A stretch of DNA of 63,858 nt, counting the filler. It is 7 parts of 7 records of this genome, joined end to end, with 100 filler letters (N's around TTAATTAATTAA, not from the genome) between each part and the next. Parts side by side here need not be neighbours in the genome. Positions count along the whole stretch, not along the records: positions 38,990 to 57,480 come from SRR31147125_16718; 6 more parts are not named here. One strand, written 5' to 3'. The notes under the pieces are model-generated. The model made no database searches, was not told the origin of the DNA, and was given only the letters and a program-made list of their open reading frames with translations. Position 1 is the stretch's first letter. Each line of letters opens with the position of its first letter. This document shows positions 42,916-53,218 of this stretch, piece after piece. Position numbers and translations under genes: made by a program.

Positions 42916-44421
42916 ATGAATACAACTATTAAAATAGATCTAAGTAAAAAAATTTCAAAAATCGATCCTCGTCTTTTCGGTTCATTTATTGAACACATGG
43001 GACGAGCAGTCTATACAGGCATTTATGAACCGAACCACAAAAATAGCAATAGTCAAGGTTTTAGACAAGATGTTATCGATTTAATCAAACCACTAAATAT
43101 CCCTATAATTCGATATCCAGGTGGTAATTTTGTATCAGGATATAACTGGGAGGACGGTGTTGGCCCTAAAGACGAACGTCCCACAAAACCAGAGTTAGCA
43201 TGGTTTGCAATTGAAACAAACCAAGTTGGGACAAATGAATTTATGGACTTTCTAAAATCCGTAAACGCCTCCCCTATGTTTGCTGTTAATTTAGGCACAT
43301 GTGGTGCTCAGGATGCCGCAAACCTATTAGAATACTGCAATTTCCCTAGCGGAACTCACTATAGCGACCTTCGAATTTCTCACGGATACTCCGAACCTCA
43401 TAACATCAAACTGTGGTGCTTAGGCAACGAAATGGATGGTCCTTGGCAGATATGTGCAAAAACTGCTGACGAGTATGGAAGGTTAGCCTGCGAAACAGCA
43501 AAAATAATGAAATGGTTGGATCCCGATATCGAACTAGTAGTATGCGGCAGTTCCTTTCAAGAAATGCCTACTTACGGTGAGTGGGAACGAACTGTACTCA
43601 GGCACACATATGAGCATGTAGATTATCTCTCTCTACACACATACTACACAAACATGGATGACGACCTTGCTTCTTTCTTGGCAAGCAATATAAAAATGGA
43701 TAGTTTTATTAAAGAAGTGGCAGGCATATGCGAAGAGATTAAAGAAGAAAAAGGCAGCGAAAAAGACATCAAGCTTTCTTTTGATGAGTGGAACGTTTGG
43801 TATCATTTTAAAAAGGACTGCAAGGAACCAGAAAAATGGATTGAAGCGCGTCCCATTGAGGAAGAAATATTCGACTTTGCCGACACATTGCTGGTTGGAA
43901 GTATGTTGATTACGCTACTAAACAACACCGACACTGTAAAAATAGCTTGTTTGGCACAGTTAGTAAACACCATTGCTCCAATTATGACCGAACCAAATGG
44001 AAAAGCATGGGTACAAACAATCTACTATCCATTCTTATATACTTCAAAGTTTGGAAGAGGCACGGCATTAGACATCGATGTTTCTTCGCCAACTTATTCG
44101 TGCAATGCAGGTTCTGATATACCCTTTATAGATTGTGCATCTGTTTTATCAGAGGAAAAAGATGAACTAATTCTTTTTATGGTCAATAAAAATCTTGAGC
44201 AAGATATCGCTTGTGAATTTTCCATCCATGATACTGCAGTTGCTGGTTTAACTGAGTGGATAACTATGAACGGGTATTCTATGTCTACCGTCAATTCTGC
44301 TAACCAAAGTCAAGTACAACCAAAAAACCTTACGGATGTTTCTATATCTGAAGATAAAATATCCTTTTCACTTCCAAAGGCATCGTGGAATATGTTGAGA
44401 TTTCAATTGCTTCAGATTTAA
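42916..44421 (+). CDS. abfA: GH51 alpha-L-arabinofuranosidase
   Basis: FGSFIEHMGRAVYTGI; RYPGGNF; LGNEMDGPWQ; SFDEWNVW; ACLAQLVN. Confidence 0.93.
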   Translation: MNTTIKIDLSKKISKIDPRLFGSFIEHMGRAVYTGIYEPNHKNSNSQGFRQDVIDLIKPLNIPIIRYPGGNFVSGYNWEDGVGPKDERPTKPELAWFAIETNQVGTNEFMDFLKSVNASPMFAVNLGTCGAQDAANLLEYCNFPSGTHYSDLRISHGYSEPHNIKLWCLGNEMDGPWQICAKTADEYGRLACETAKIMKWLDPDIELVVCGSSFQEMPTYGEWERTVLRHTYEHVDYLSLHTYYTNMDDDLASFLASNIKMDSFIKEVAGICEEIKEEKGSEKDIKLSFDEWNVWYHFKKDCKEPEKWIEARPIEEEIFDFADTLLVGSMLITLLNNTDTVKIACLAQLVNTIAPIMTEPNGKAWVQTIYYPFLYTSKFGRGTALDIDVSSPTYSCNAGSDIPFIDCASVLSEEKDELILFMVNKNLEQDIACEFSIHDTAVAGLTEWITMNGYSMSTVNSANQSQVQPKNLTDVSISEDKISFSLPKASWNMLRFQLLQI

Positions 44422-44536
44422 TACACTTGTTATATAGCTTCATGTTCTATACACAATGCTTTTTACTTTTAAAAAAAACACCCTTAGCAAATTGCTGAGG
44501 ATATCCTTTATGTAGTGGGTTAAAAGATTATTGTTT

Positions 44537-45511
44537 CTAATCTTGACTTATTATATATTTATCATAAAACTCAGAATAATATTTAAAGGTGAAATCAAAA
44601 GCGTCCTTACTGATATTGCTACCTGGAGCAAATTGATCAAAGGCATGGTAACACCTATTATATTCCTTAAATGCAACATCAACCCCTGCTGATTTAATAG
44701 CCGCCACATAGTCAAGTGTCTCCCTGTAAAAGGGCTCAAGACTTCCAACAAAGGTTATTGTCGGTGGAAAATCAGAGTAATCACTGTTTCTGGCTGGTGC
44801 GGCGTAGGCTGGTATCTCTTCACCGTTTCTACGTAAATCGGCCAAATAGCAAGCCCATCCGAATCGGTTCGCTCGACTATCCCACCCGGCTGAAACCAGA
44901 TAACGTGCAGGATCTTCTGGTTGGGTGTCATCAAGCATGGGATATATGGGCATTTGAAAGGCTATGTCAACTTCTTTGGTATCTCGCGCTTTCAAAGTAA
45001 GGGCTGCCGTCATACCACCACCAGCACTATGCCCGCCCACAATAATTCTATCTGTAGTCGCTCCAAGCTTTTGTGCGTTTTCTTTTGCCCAAATTAACGT
45101 ATCGTAACAATCATTAAAGGCTGCAGGGTACGGCGCATCCAAAGATAATCTATAGTCTGGTGAAACAACGATACATGGTCTGACTTTGATAAATCTTTCT
45201 ATGATTTTATCAAACTGTTCGGGATTACCAATAATAAAACCGCCACCATGTACATATACCATTATAGGCAAGTTTTCCGAATGATCTTTAGGCTTGTATA
45301 TCCTTGTGCGAATTTTAAAATCACTACTCCTGCTTGGTATATAGACTTCATCGCTGTCAATTTCCTTTGGTCTTCTCCCCTTATACACCATATCCGTTAT
45401 CCAGTTTACAACTTTCACTGCCCATTTACGACTAAGGGCATAGGATACAATCTTAAGAATCCAACTGCCTTTTCTCAAATCTTCATGTAACATCTTTCTT
45501 ATAATTTTCAT
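44537..45511 (-). CDS. Alpha/beta hydrolase (HSL-family esterase)
   Basis: HGGG oxyanion motif; GHSAGG nucleophile; YHAFD. Confidence 0.9.
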   Translation of the reverse strand: MKIIRKMLHEDLRKGSWILKIVSYALSRKWAVKVVNWITDMVYKGRRPKEIDSDEVYIPSRSSDFKIRTRIYKPKDHSENLPIMVYVHGGGFIIGNPEQFDKIIERFIKVRPCIVVSPDYRLSLDAPYPAAFNDCYDTLIWAKENAQKLGATTDRIIVGGHSAGGGMTAALTLKARDTKEVDIAFQMPIYPMLDDTQPEDPARYLVSAGWDSRANRFGWACYLADLRRNGEEIPAYAAPARNSDYSDFPPTITFVGSLEPFYRETLDYVAAIKSAGVDVAFKEYNRCYHAFDQFAPGSNISKDAFDFTFKYYSEFYDKYIISQD

Positions 45512-45723
45512 GAGAATCCTATCCTCTGCTTCAATTATTTCTACATAGACCTAGCAAGCAGATTTAATTTTCGATACAACTGTTGCATATCTTTCATGCG
45601 TCTATTATAATATCATAAACATAAGCTTTCAACCAACAAAAAGCATTAAAAAGTTAGAAATGAGACATATAGCTTGTATGTGTTTTATAACTACCAAGAG
45701 AACATAAAAGGAGATGAATCAAA

Positions 45724-46263
45724 TTGGATCGACGTATAAAATATACCAAAGGCGTTATAAAAGAGGCTTTGCTGGAACTGCTAAACAACAAAACTTTGGA
45801 CAAAATAACTGTTAAAGAAATCTGTCAGGATGCTGATGTAAATAGGGCTACTTTTTATAGGCATTATAAAGACATCTACGATTTATTCCAACAGATTGAA
45901 AAAGATATTATTGAAGAAATAACGTTAGATTCCTCTAGAATTCTAGATATTACAAAGTTGCTTGAATTTATATATGACCTCCAAGGTTTTTATAAAGAAT
46001 TTTTCAAAAGAAATTTAGATTCTGAAAACATCAAAAATGAAATTCAGAAGGGCTATAATAAAATTGTTAAGTTCTCTGCCTCAAACGACACTTACAACCC
46101 TGAGTTATTCAGCTATCTTTTTGATTATTATGTACATGGTTTCAACGGATTATTAAGAGATTGGGTTAACAATGGTTGTGTTGAACCCATAGATGAACTG
46201 TATGAGGTGATTCTTCATATTACTAAAATACAGTTTGGAGATTCCTATACAGAACTGCTATAA
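45724..46263 (+). CDS. TetR/AcrR-family regulator
   Basis: ITVKEICQDADVNRATFYRHY. Confidence 0.9.
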   Translation: MDRRIKYTKGVIKEALLELLNNKTLDKITVKEICQDADVNRATFYRHYKDIYDLFQQIEKDIIEEITLDSSRILDITKLLEFIYDLQGFYKEFFKRNLDSENIKNEIQKGYNKIVKFSASNDTYNPELFSYLFDYYVHGFNGLLRDWVNNGCVEPIDELYEVILHITKIQFGDSYTELL

Positions 46264-46275
46264 GGCACTTTGCAT

Positions 46276-46309
46276 ATTTATTTTTATCTCGATTTTGTTG
46301 CTCTTTTCA
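46276..46309 (-). pseudogene. prgI-like 5' remnant, shortest copy
   Basis: Minus strand ATCGAGATAAAAATAAAT (IEIKIN); upstream sequence matches the copy at 48061-48132. Confidence 0.5.
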
Positions 46310-46314
46310 TTTAC

Positions 46315-47217
46315 TCATTCTAATATCAGTTCAGTTTTAAATGCTATAACAGCACGTCCTATAATTTTTACAAGTTTAGGATCTTTTTCTTTGCTGTACA
46401 CTTCAACTTCCATATATCCTTTTCTATCTATCGCTTCGCCCTGCTTAATCTTAAATCGCATTCCGTCTGTACTAGCTTCAATTTTTCCATACTTAGTTAA
46501 ATATGCGCCCATTGGTCCATTAGCATTCCCTGTAACAGGATCTTCATTTATACCGATTGCAGGTGCAAACATTCTACCACTAGTTAGTACTCCCTCTTCT
46601 TCAGAATCAAATGTGAAAGCATAATACCCATTGCAGTCAATCTCCTTGCTAAGCAAAGATAAAACATCATTTTTTGGTGCTAATTTATCAAGAGTATCCT
46701 TGTTTATAATCGGCACCATAACTTTGGAATGTCCTGTTGATACTATCTGTATTGGCAAATTCTCCAATAATTCGTTCTTTCTAATCCCTAACCCTTGTAA
46801 TAATAACTCTTTATTTCTATCTTCAATAATATCCCCAAATTCTACAGTCGATTGGGTCATTATAATCTTTATATCATTTTTTTCCGTTACGATCTCAACA
46901 GGCAAAATACCCGCCTTTGTTTTTTGCCTAAGTATGCCACTGCCAATATTGTTCTCTTTTGCATAGACATAATGCGCCGCTATAGTTGCATGACCGCAAA
47001 TGGGAACTTCCTTAGTTGGGGTAAAAAACCTTACTTCTATGTCATAGTCATCAGTTGACTCATTGATAATAAATGCAGTTTCAGATAAGTTCAGTTCTCT
47101 TGCTATCTTCTGCATAGTCGCTTCATCTATTTTTTCTGCATTAGCAACAACACCTGCAGGATTTCCGCAAAATAATTGAGTCGTAAAAGAATCAACTTGA
47201 TATAGTCTGAGTTTCAT
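46315..47217 (-). CDS. PhzF-family isomerase
   Basis: GNPAGV; LSETAF; EVPICGHAT; EDPVTGNA. Confidence 0.92.
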   Translation of the reverse strand: MKLRLYQVDSFTTQLFCGNPAGVVANAEKIDEATMQKIARELNLSETAFIINESTDDYDIEVRFFTPTKEVPICGHATIAAHYVYAKENNIGSGILRQKTKAGILPVEIVTEKNDIKIIMTQSTVEFGDIIEDRNKELLLQGLGIRKNELLENLPIQIVSTGHSKVMVPIINKDTLDKLAPKNDVLSLLSKEIDCNGYYAFTFDSEEEGVLTSGRMFAPAIGINEDPVTGNANGPMGAYLTKYGKIEASTDGMRFKIKQGEAIDRKGYMEVEVYSKEKDPKLVKIIGRAVIAFKTELILE

Positions 47218-47283
47218 AAAATCTCCCTATTTTTTTCAAAATTATATCATATTAAATATGATATATAAAGATATAAGCTACCA

Positions 47284-47361
47284 TTAAAACTTGCGCATAG
47301 AAAGCCCCAATAATATGCTCTTGTGACAGGCTCTTACTTCTTTATTTATTTTTATCTCGAT
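47284..47361 (-). pseudogene. prgI-like 5' remnant
   Basis: Translates as IEIKINKEVRACHKSILLGLSMRKF*, like the N-terminus of Clostridial ICE PrgI (MEVKINKEIRxYxESxFFGLSLRQF, recalled). Confidence 0.65.
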
Positions 47362-47562
47362 TATCAATTACCTACTTTCATATCATACTATTTTTAGCAA
47401 TGTTTCTATATTTATATGAGAATTAAATTACTAATATCTACCAGTCAGTAAAATCATTTTCGGTTTCAATACACTAATTGCCTAATGCTCTTTATAGACA
47501 TTTTAGTTTTCATAGTGTAGTATAAAGTGTAATGTCATAAATTAAATAATCAGGAGATTATT

Positions 47563-47952
47563 ATGGAAAAAAGTAAAAATGGTAAACGTCTTACCATAAG
47601 TGTTATATGCGTCATGATGATGATAATGCTAGGCGGAACAATGTCAACATGGATTATATATGGTGTAAGTGATATTGCAATTCATATTATTAGATTCTTT
47701 GTTTCTCTCTTGCTATGTTATTATCTATATAAAGGCTATAATTGGTCTAAAGTAATCATAATTATTGTTTCATTACTCGCATTAATACTTTTTAAGTTCG
47801 CTTTTAAGGACTTGAAGTTATTATGGAAATTGTATCCTATTTTTTTTATTGAACCTGCGGCTTATGCATACTGTGGAATAACATTAATTGTAAGTAAAGG
47901 CATTAAAAATTTTATGCGCCAACAAAGAAGCAATAATATAGATTTCCATTGA
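47563..47952 (+). CDS. Hypothetical membrane protein
   Basis: Four hydrophobic segments; SD AGGAG. Confidence 0.7.
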   Translation: MEKSKNGKRLTISVICVMMMIMLGGTMSTWIIYGVSDIAIHIIRFFVSLLLCYYLYKGYNWSKVIIIIVSLLALILFKFAFKDLKLLWKLYPIFFIEPAAYAYCGITLIVSKGIKNFMRQQRSNNIDFH

Positions 47953-48060
47953 TAATAGTTTTCTTCTTGTTCTTATTTAAAATCACATTTTCATGTATTT
48001 AATGGCTCAATAATAACTATAACCCGTTTCTTCCACTTAGCCATATTGATCGCCTTATCA

Positions 48061-48132
48061 CTCCACTAAAAACACCTTCTTGATACGCTCGTACTTCTTT
48101 ATTTATTTTTATTTCGATTTTGTTTCCTCCTT
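48061..48132 (-). pseudogene. prgI-like 5' remnant with intact SD
   Basis: AAGGAGG-N7-ATC, then IEIKINKEVRAYQEGVFSG. Confidence 0.65.
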
Positions 48133-48183
48133 CAATTAAAAAAACACCTACTATTGTAAGTGTCTTTGAAAATCTCATAGTCA

Positions 48184-48978
48184 TTATTTTTTATATGTTA
48201 TCACTACCTTTTTACCAGCAACTTTACCGATTAAATAAAATAATTGTCCTATAGGCTTTAGATAAAAGGGAACCTTTACGGATTTATCATAAATAGTTTT
48301 CTTCCTACATTCATCTGTCCAGTAATCACCATCAGCGGTATGGTATTCTGAATCCTTAATAGATAAGGACATTCCTCTAAACAAGTTGTACGGTATTAGA
48401 AGTAATATGTTAGGACTATGCAGTTTCTTTGTGCAAACATCATTATAGAACTTTGACACAGTTTTATTAAGAGCATTTTTTGTTGAATTGGAAGGTTTAT
48501 AGTCATTCCAACTATATGATGATTGAGAAAATGTATAGCATCTATTAAATCCAATACCATTTAGCATTGATTTAATACTTTTTGCCACTGCTTTGCCTCC
48601 TACGCCTCCTGTGCTAGTAATTATTAATGCTTTACTGCTGAAAAAATATGGACGATGTAGCATAAAGCACAGATGATCAAATAGGTTCTTAAGCATTGCA
48701 GTTTCTTTCATATTAAACGCTGATGAAGAAATAATCACGCCATCTGACTTATCGATTGCATTGATTATTTTTAATATAATATCTGAATGCGGACAATGTT
48801 CATGCCCTAATCGAAAGCATGCACTGCACCCAATACAAAACGGTAACTTCTCTTCAGCCAAGTGAATTTCTTCAAATTCAACATTATCATCTATTTCAGC
48901 AATGGACTCACTAGCACACTCAACTAGTTTCCAAGTATTACCTTTACGCGGACTACCATTTAATAATAAAAAACGCAT
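48184..48978 (-). CDS. Flavodoxin / NADPH-dependent FMN reductase family (iron-sulfur flavoprotein-like)
   Basis: LNGSPRKGNT; CIGCSAC..C; MLKNLFDH. Confidence 0.85.
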   Translation of the reverse strand: MRFLLLNGSPRKGNTWKLVECASESIAEIDDNVEFEEIHLAEEKLPFCIGCSACFRLGHEHCPHSDIILKIINAIDKSDGVIISSSAFNMKETAMLKNLFDHLCFMLHRPYFFSSKALIITSTGGVGGKAVAKSIKSMLNGIGFNRCYTFSQSSYSWNDYKPSNSTKNALNKTVSKFYNDVCTKKLHSPNILLLIPYNLFRGMSLSIKDSEYHTADGDYWTDECRKKTIYDKSVKVPFYLKPIGQLFYLIGKVAGKKVVITYKK

Positions 48979-49119
48979 TTGTCATCCTCTAAAATTCATA
49001 ATATTATGTGCATCATATCACAGTGATTACCTATTTTCTACTTCATTTATGTAAAATCATTATTTTATATATAATATTTAAACAAAAAAAGAACACTGCT
49101 GGTGTCCATAGATTTTTGA

Positions 49120-49644
49120 TTAGTATTTTTGCACTTCTAAACTATTAGGTTCGATAATTATGATATTTCGTTTCTTTCTCTTAGCCATATTTATCGTCTG
49201 CAAAGTCCCACTAAACACATCGTCTTTGTTTTGCACTGCAATTAAATGCCGAGCGTGGTCTACCAAGTACTGATTCCTCTGCTTAAAGCATTTTGGCTTA
49301 AACTTAGTATTAAGCAAAACCACCTTATCCGATTTAGCCAACAAATCAAAATATCGATCTCGCCAATCCTCACTCCAGTTTGTCGGAAACTCCTCATATG
49401 GTATAATCGCTATAAGTTTTATATGTGGATATAGTGGCTTTAGCTCCAAAACCATCTCACCTGCAACAATATCCACGCCGTTACACATGCCCGTATAAAA
49501 GACCTCACAACCAGCCTTTATCTTTAAATTTATTTCAATGCATAATTGCATTTTAAAATCAATTGCCCGTTTGCTGTTTTCATCTTTCCATGGTAGTTTA
49601 TCTGCTCTATGTCCTGTAAAGGAGCAAGCGTTATCTATATGCAT
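49120..49644 (-). CDS. SLOG-family protein (DUF1273/YspA-like)
   Basis: CSFTGHR; TGMCNGVD; RNQYLVD; SGTLQTINMA. Confidence 0.85.
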   Translation of the reverse strand: MHIDNACSFTGHRADKLPWKDENSKRAIDFKMQLCIEINLKIKAGCEVFYTGMCNGVDIVAGEMVLELKPLYPHIKLIAIIPYEEFPTNWSEDWRDRYFDLLAKSDKVVLLNTKFKPKCFKQRNQYLVDHARHLIAVQNKDDVFSGTLQTINMAKRKKRNIIIIEPNSLEVQKY

Positions 49645-49663
49645 AAATTTCACCTCAAGATAC

Positions 49664-49689
49664 ATTATAGGTCAATACAACCCTATAAT
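49664..49689. promoter_or_regulatory. Inverted repeat between the divergent SLOG and XRE genes (candidate operator)
   Basis: ATTATAGG-N10-CCTATAAT. Confidence 0.45.
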
Positions 49690-49729
49690 CAATAGGTCAA
49701 TTTGCCATAATAGTATTGAGGTGCTAATT

Positions 49730-49951
49730 ATGAGCAGATTAAAAGATTTAAGATTAAAAAGAGGATATACCCAAGTAAAAATGCAAATGCTTACCGGAAT
49801 AGACCAGAGCGATTATTCTAAAATAGAGCGCGGCGTTAGATATTATACTTTTGAACAATGCAAAAAAATAGCCATTGCCCTTGAAACAAGTATGGATTAT
49901 TTGGCTGGATTAACTGATGAAGAAAGCCCACATCCACGCAGTATTGTATAG
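49730..49951 (+). CDS. XRE-family HTH regulator
   Basis: MSRLKDLR..TQ..GIDQSDYSKIERG..SMDYLAG; SD GAGGTG. Confidence 0.88.
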   Translation: MSRLKDLRLKRGYTQVKMQMLTGIDQSDYSKIERGVRYYTFEQCKKIAIALETSMDYLAGLTDEESPHPRSIV

Positions 49952-49952
49952 G

Positions 49953-50465
49953 TTATTTAGAAACTATTTCCGCTTCTAATAATTCAAGCAAATGACCTTT
50001 CCTTTTAGGAACTTCAAGTTTAAATCCACCTATATAGAGCATCAGCCCAAAAATCAAAAGAATAACTGATGAATCCCTAAAACTCAATGCCGCTTCACCA
50101 TTAAAAATCATTCGCCATAAATTAATAACAGGAAACGAGAGCCATAATAACATGAAAATCGAAACAAGTACATATGGTCGCATTACTATTTTTATTTGAG
50201 TTTTCCCTTCCATTTCATCTAAAAATACACCAGTAATTACTGGTATAAATGAATTTCTATATTTCAATGCAGGAAAGTTTTTTAAATATGTATGCGGTAC
50301 AATCTTAAATTTTTCACCCTTCTTCATTTTACTTGGAACAAAGTCATCAACAAACTCAGATTTATAGCATTCTCTAAACTCTTCACTTCTTCTGATGGAA
50401 TTCAATACTTCATTTCGGGACATATGTGTAATTACTGTAAATCGCTCATAAGGTAATAAAAACAT
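49953..50465 (-). CDS. Hypothetical membrane protein
   Basis: Two C-terminal TM helices; SD AAAGGA. Confidence 0.65.
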   Translation of the reverse strand: MFLLPYERFTVITHMSRNEVLNSIRRSEEFRECYKSEFVDDFVPSKMKKGEKFKIVPHTYLKNFPALKYRNSFIPVITGVFLDEMEGKTQIKIVMRPYVLVSIFMLLWLSFPVINLWRMIFNGEAALSFRDSSVILLIFGLMLYIGGFKLEVPKRKGHLLELLEAEIVSK

Positions 50466-50511
50466 ATTAGTTCCTTTCACAACAAATTCTCTTTGATATA
50501 TAATACTTCCG

Positions 50512-51204
50512 CTATGCATCATTGGTAATTTCATTCTTTGCTATTACTTCTTCAACATGCTTTCGATAAACAGAATCGTTTTTCAATCTCTTTAATAAAA
50601 AAATAATAACTACTATTATAAAGATCAAACTACATAATTGAGATTCAATACTTATTATAACTTTTAAAATATTAGATGAATTATTCTTCAGTAAAAGTAA
50701 TGCAAATGCCCATGAAGATATTTCTGAAAGTAAATGATATTTAAACAGATTTTTTACTTCCCCTGCTGAATTATTATACAAATAAAAATAGTATTTGAAT
50801 ACTCTTACTGTATAAATAATAAATATAGCAGTAAAAACAAAACCGAGAATAGTCACTAAACTTGTTTGCTGATTCATATTTCGAAAAAAATCTTTAAGAC
50901 TTTGCAAAAACGGTTGTATACCCAACACGAAGGTATTATAAAGAAAAATTAGTCGAAATTGTTTTATCGGTTTATTGTCTTCCCAATAAAGATACAAAGT
51001 ATAAAAAACTATAACTGTCAATGCAAAAGCAATATAACTAATAATCATATTATTCCAAAACTCTAGATATTTTGATAAATCAGTATTGTATATATTCAGG
51101 CATTGATTTAGCATAGCATGTACTCTTATAATTGTAACAAACATCCCTGCAATTAAAATCATTTTCGAATGTTTTCTTTGCTTATTTGATAATAAATCTT
51201 CCAA
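50512..51204 (-). CDS. Hypothetical polytopic membrane protein
   Basis: 230 aa with several hydrophobic helices; very AT-rich. Confidence 0.6.
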   Translation of the reverse strand: MEDLLSNKQRKHSKMILIAGMFVTIIRVHAMLNQCLNIYNTDLSKYLEFWNNMIISYIAFALTVIVFYTLYLYWEDNKPIKQFRLIFLYNTFVLGIQPFLQSLKDFFRNMNQQTSLVTILGFVFTAIFIIYTVRVFKYYFYLYNNSAGEVKNLFKYHLLSEISSWAFALLLLKNNSSNILKVIISIESQLCSLIFIIVVIIFLLKRLKNDSVYRKHVEEVIAKNEITNDA

Positions 51205-51266
51205 AAATTTCTCTCTTTACTTTTTATAGTATTATAAAACTTATAGCAATAAATAGCAATATCATC

Positions 51267-51543
51267 TTATAATCCCAACATACTCTTAACCGCAATAATA
51301 GCCATCTTAACATTTGCCGTTAATACATACAGATTAAACGTCACTTGTAAGATATATTACCATAGCATTTTTGATGGGGTTGTCTTAGCAGTAATGGTTG
51401 ATTTGTCCGAAACAAATAAGCCAAAGAGGATGCATGCAAGAACTATAAACGTTATCACAAGACCACCAATAAGCCACCAAGTCTTATCAAGGCGCTTATT
51501 TTATACACCCAAAGCAGATTGTAGGTTTTCTATAATACCAATT
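51267..51543 (-). pseudogene. Remnant of the 3' end of an ICE VirB6/TrbL-like gene
   Basis: One frame reads WWLIGGLVITFIVLACILFGLF...LW*YILQVTFNLYVLTANVKMAIIAVKSMLGL*, like the recalled C-terminus of the gene preceding prgI in Clostridial ICEs. Confidence 0.55.
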
Positions 51544-51571
51544 ATGTTTAACTTTTACCAAAACCAGATAT

Positions 51572-52369
51572 TTACAAAGTTTTCTTACCGATAACCATTC
51601 CATGATTACTAATACCCAAGATGCTTTTTTCATTACATGTTGCAAAATGATAATGAAGCCAGTGCTGATAATCATCGTCAGAAAGCTGGTTAATTTCACT
51701 ACTAATAAAAGGTGCAACGCCTTCCGAAGCAATATGTGAAATTATATTCACTTTATACTCTTTTACTAAATTTTCAATCTCATCGGGTGCATCAAAATGT
51801 GCAATAGTTAAAAAGTCATCAACATCGCTATTAATATTCCCTTCAACAAGTAAACCAGTGCTACTTTCAGCATTAAATACCATCTTTCTATTTTTCAAAA
51901 AGCTAGGGGCAATATGATATTTGCTTATATAAGCAACAGCTAATAATCCATCAGTTTTCAAAACGCGCAAACATTCTTCAATGCATTTTCTCCTATTATT
52001 CTCATCACGCAAATGATAGATTGGTCCAAAACAAATAACGATATCAAATGATTCATCACAAAACTTGCTTAAGTCAAGTGCATCACCTTGTCCAATTGTG
52101 ATATTTGATATCTTATTACTATTAGCCTTTTCATTCATACGATCAACATGTTTTGGCGAAATATCTAGCGCATCAACTTTGAAACCTTTTTCTGCAAAGT
52201 AAAATGAGTAAATACCTGTTCCTGCACCAACATCTAGCAATCTACCCTTTGTCGTAATTGCTCTATTTAAGAATTCGATATTTGTTAGAAATTCAACTTT
52301 ATGTGCATTTGTTCTAATCAACCTATTCTCTTCTTCATAGTTGTTATAATAATTTAATATGTCTTTCAT
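51572..52369 (-). CDS. Class I SAM-dependent methyltransferase
   Basis: LLDVGAGTG; GDALDLS; FDIVICFGPIYHL. Confidence 0.9.
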   Translation of the reverse strand: MKDILNYYNNYEEENRLIRTNAHKVEFLTNIEFLNRAITTKGRLLDVGAGTGIYSFYFAEKGFKVDALDISPKHVDRMNEKANSNKISNITIGQGDALDLSKFCDESFDIVICFGPIYHLRDENNRRKCIEECLRVLKTDGLLAVAYISKYHIAPSFLKNRKMVFNAESSTGLLVEGNINSDVDDFLTIAHFDAPDEIENLVKEYKVNIISHIASEGVAPFISSEINQLSDDDYQHWLHYHFATCNEKSILGISNHGMVIGKKTL

Positions 52370-52516
52370 ATATACTCACTCTCGTATGATTATAATTTGA
52401 TATACCGCAATTAATGGTAATTATTGTAACACAAATAGTATTATTTTAAAATGATATGTTGCTTAACCGCCAGTAATCATCGCCAAAATTCCCTTGGCAA
52501 ACATAAGAACAATATT

Positions 52517-52594
52517 ACCAATAAGCTACCAAGTCTTATCAAGGTGTTTATTTTATACATCCAAAGCGGATTGTAGGTTTTTATAATACCAATT
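52517..52594. repeat. Second copy of the 79-bp segment at 51465-51543
   Basis: ACCAATAAGC..GTCTTATCAAGG..ATTTTATACA..GATTGTAGGTTTT..TATAATACCAATT; about 6 differences between copies. Confidence 0.9.
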
Positions 52595-52678
52595 TTTTTA
52601 CGTCCAATCTTAAAAAGCCACCTTACGGTAGCTTTCACATGAGTTTTCTTATTCAATTCCCACAAACAATTTGGGGTT

Positions 52679-53218
52679 TTATTCCTTAATAGAATATTTC
52701 TTATTCTCAAAAATCAATAATATTGTAAATAAAATTTCCGTTGCTAACATTACAATCGCTATAACATATGGCTGTGCTAACAACCCTACAATTAAGGCCA
52801 TAAGCGTAATAAATACTGACATAACATAGTACGTCTTGGATTCATATAGCCATCCGAAAGGAAGCAAGTGAGCGCCAAAAATTATGCAAAGAATCATGAG
52901 CATTTTTTCAGGCACAGCGTTATATATCCATATTGCGATTAAAAGGTATAAAAACTGATTTAACGTCATGATAAACCCTAGCTTAGATAACGGGTTATTC
53001 TTGTTTTGAAAATTTATATTGAGTATTTTTGAACCTACAAAAGCAATAGGTACAAGAAATGCAGTAGTACAAAACGTGTAGAAGTTTTTTGTTAAAACAT
53101 CCATTGAAGTCATCTGAATAAATAGCAAAACAGACCAGATCAATATGGATGCTATTATGAAATGGATACCCTTTTTTTGCTTTCTTATATTGTCTATTTT
53201 TAATTCTTTTAAATTCAT
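52679..53218 (-). CDS. Conserved membrane protein (DUF7010-like)
   Basis: GIHFIIAS; NPLSKLG; FGAHLLPFGWLY. Confidence 0.75.
   Translation of the reverse strand: MNLKELKIDNIRKQKKGIHFIIASILIWSVLLFIQMTSMDVLTKNFYTFCTTAFLVPIAFVGSKILNINFQNKNNPLSKLGFIMTLNQFLYLLIAIWIYNAVPEKMLMILCIIFGAHLLPFGWLYESKTYYVMSVFITLMALIVGLLAQPYVIAIVMLATEILFTILLIFENKKYSIKE

Noticed and set aside
46276-48132. Thrice-repeated ~30-bp motif as a CRISPR or attC array
   Set aside because: Spacing is about 0.75-1.1 kb, the copies are non-palindromic and degenerate, no cas or integrase gene is present, and they translate as a prgI-like N-terminus
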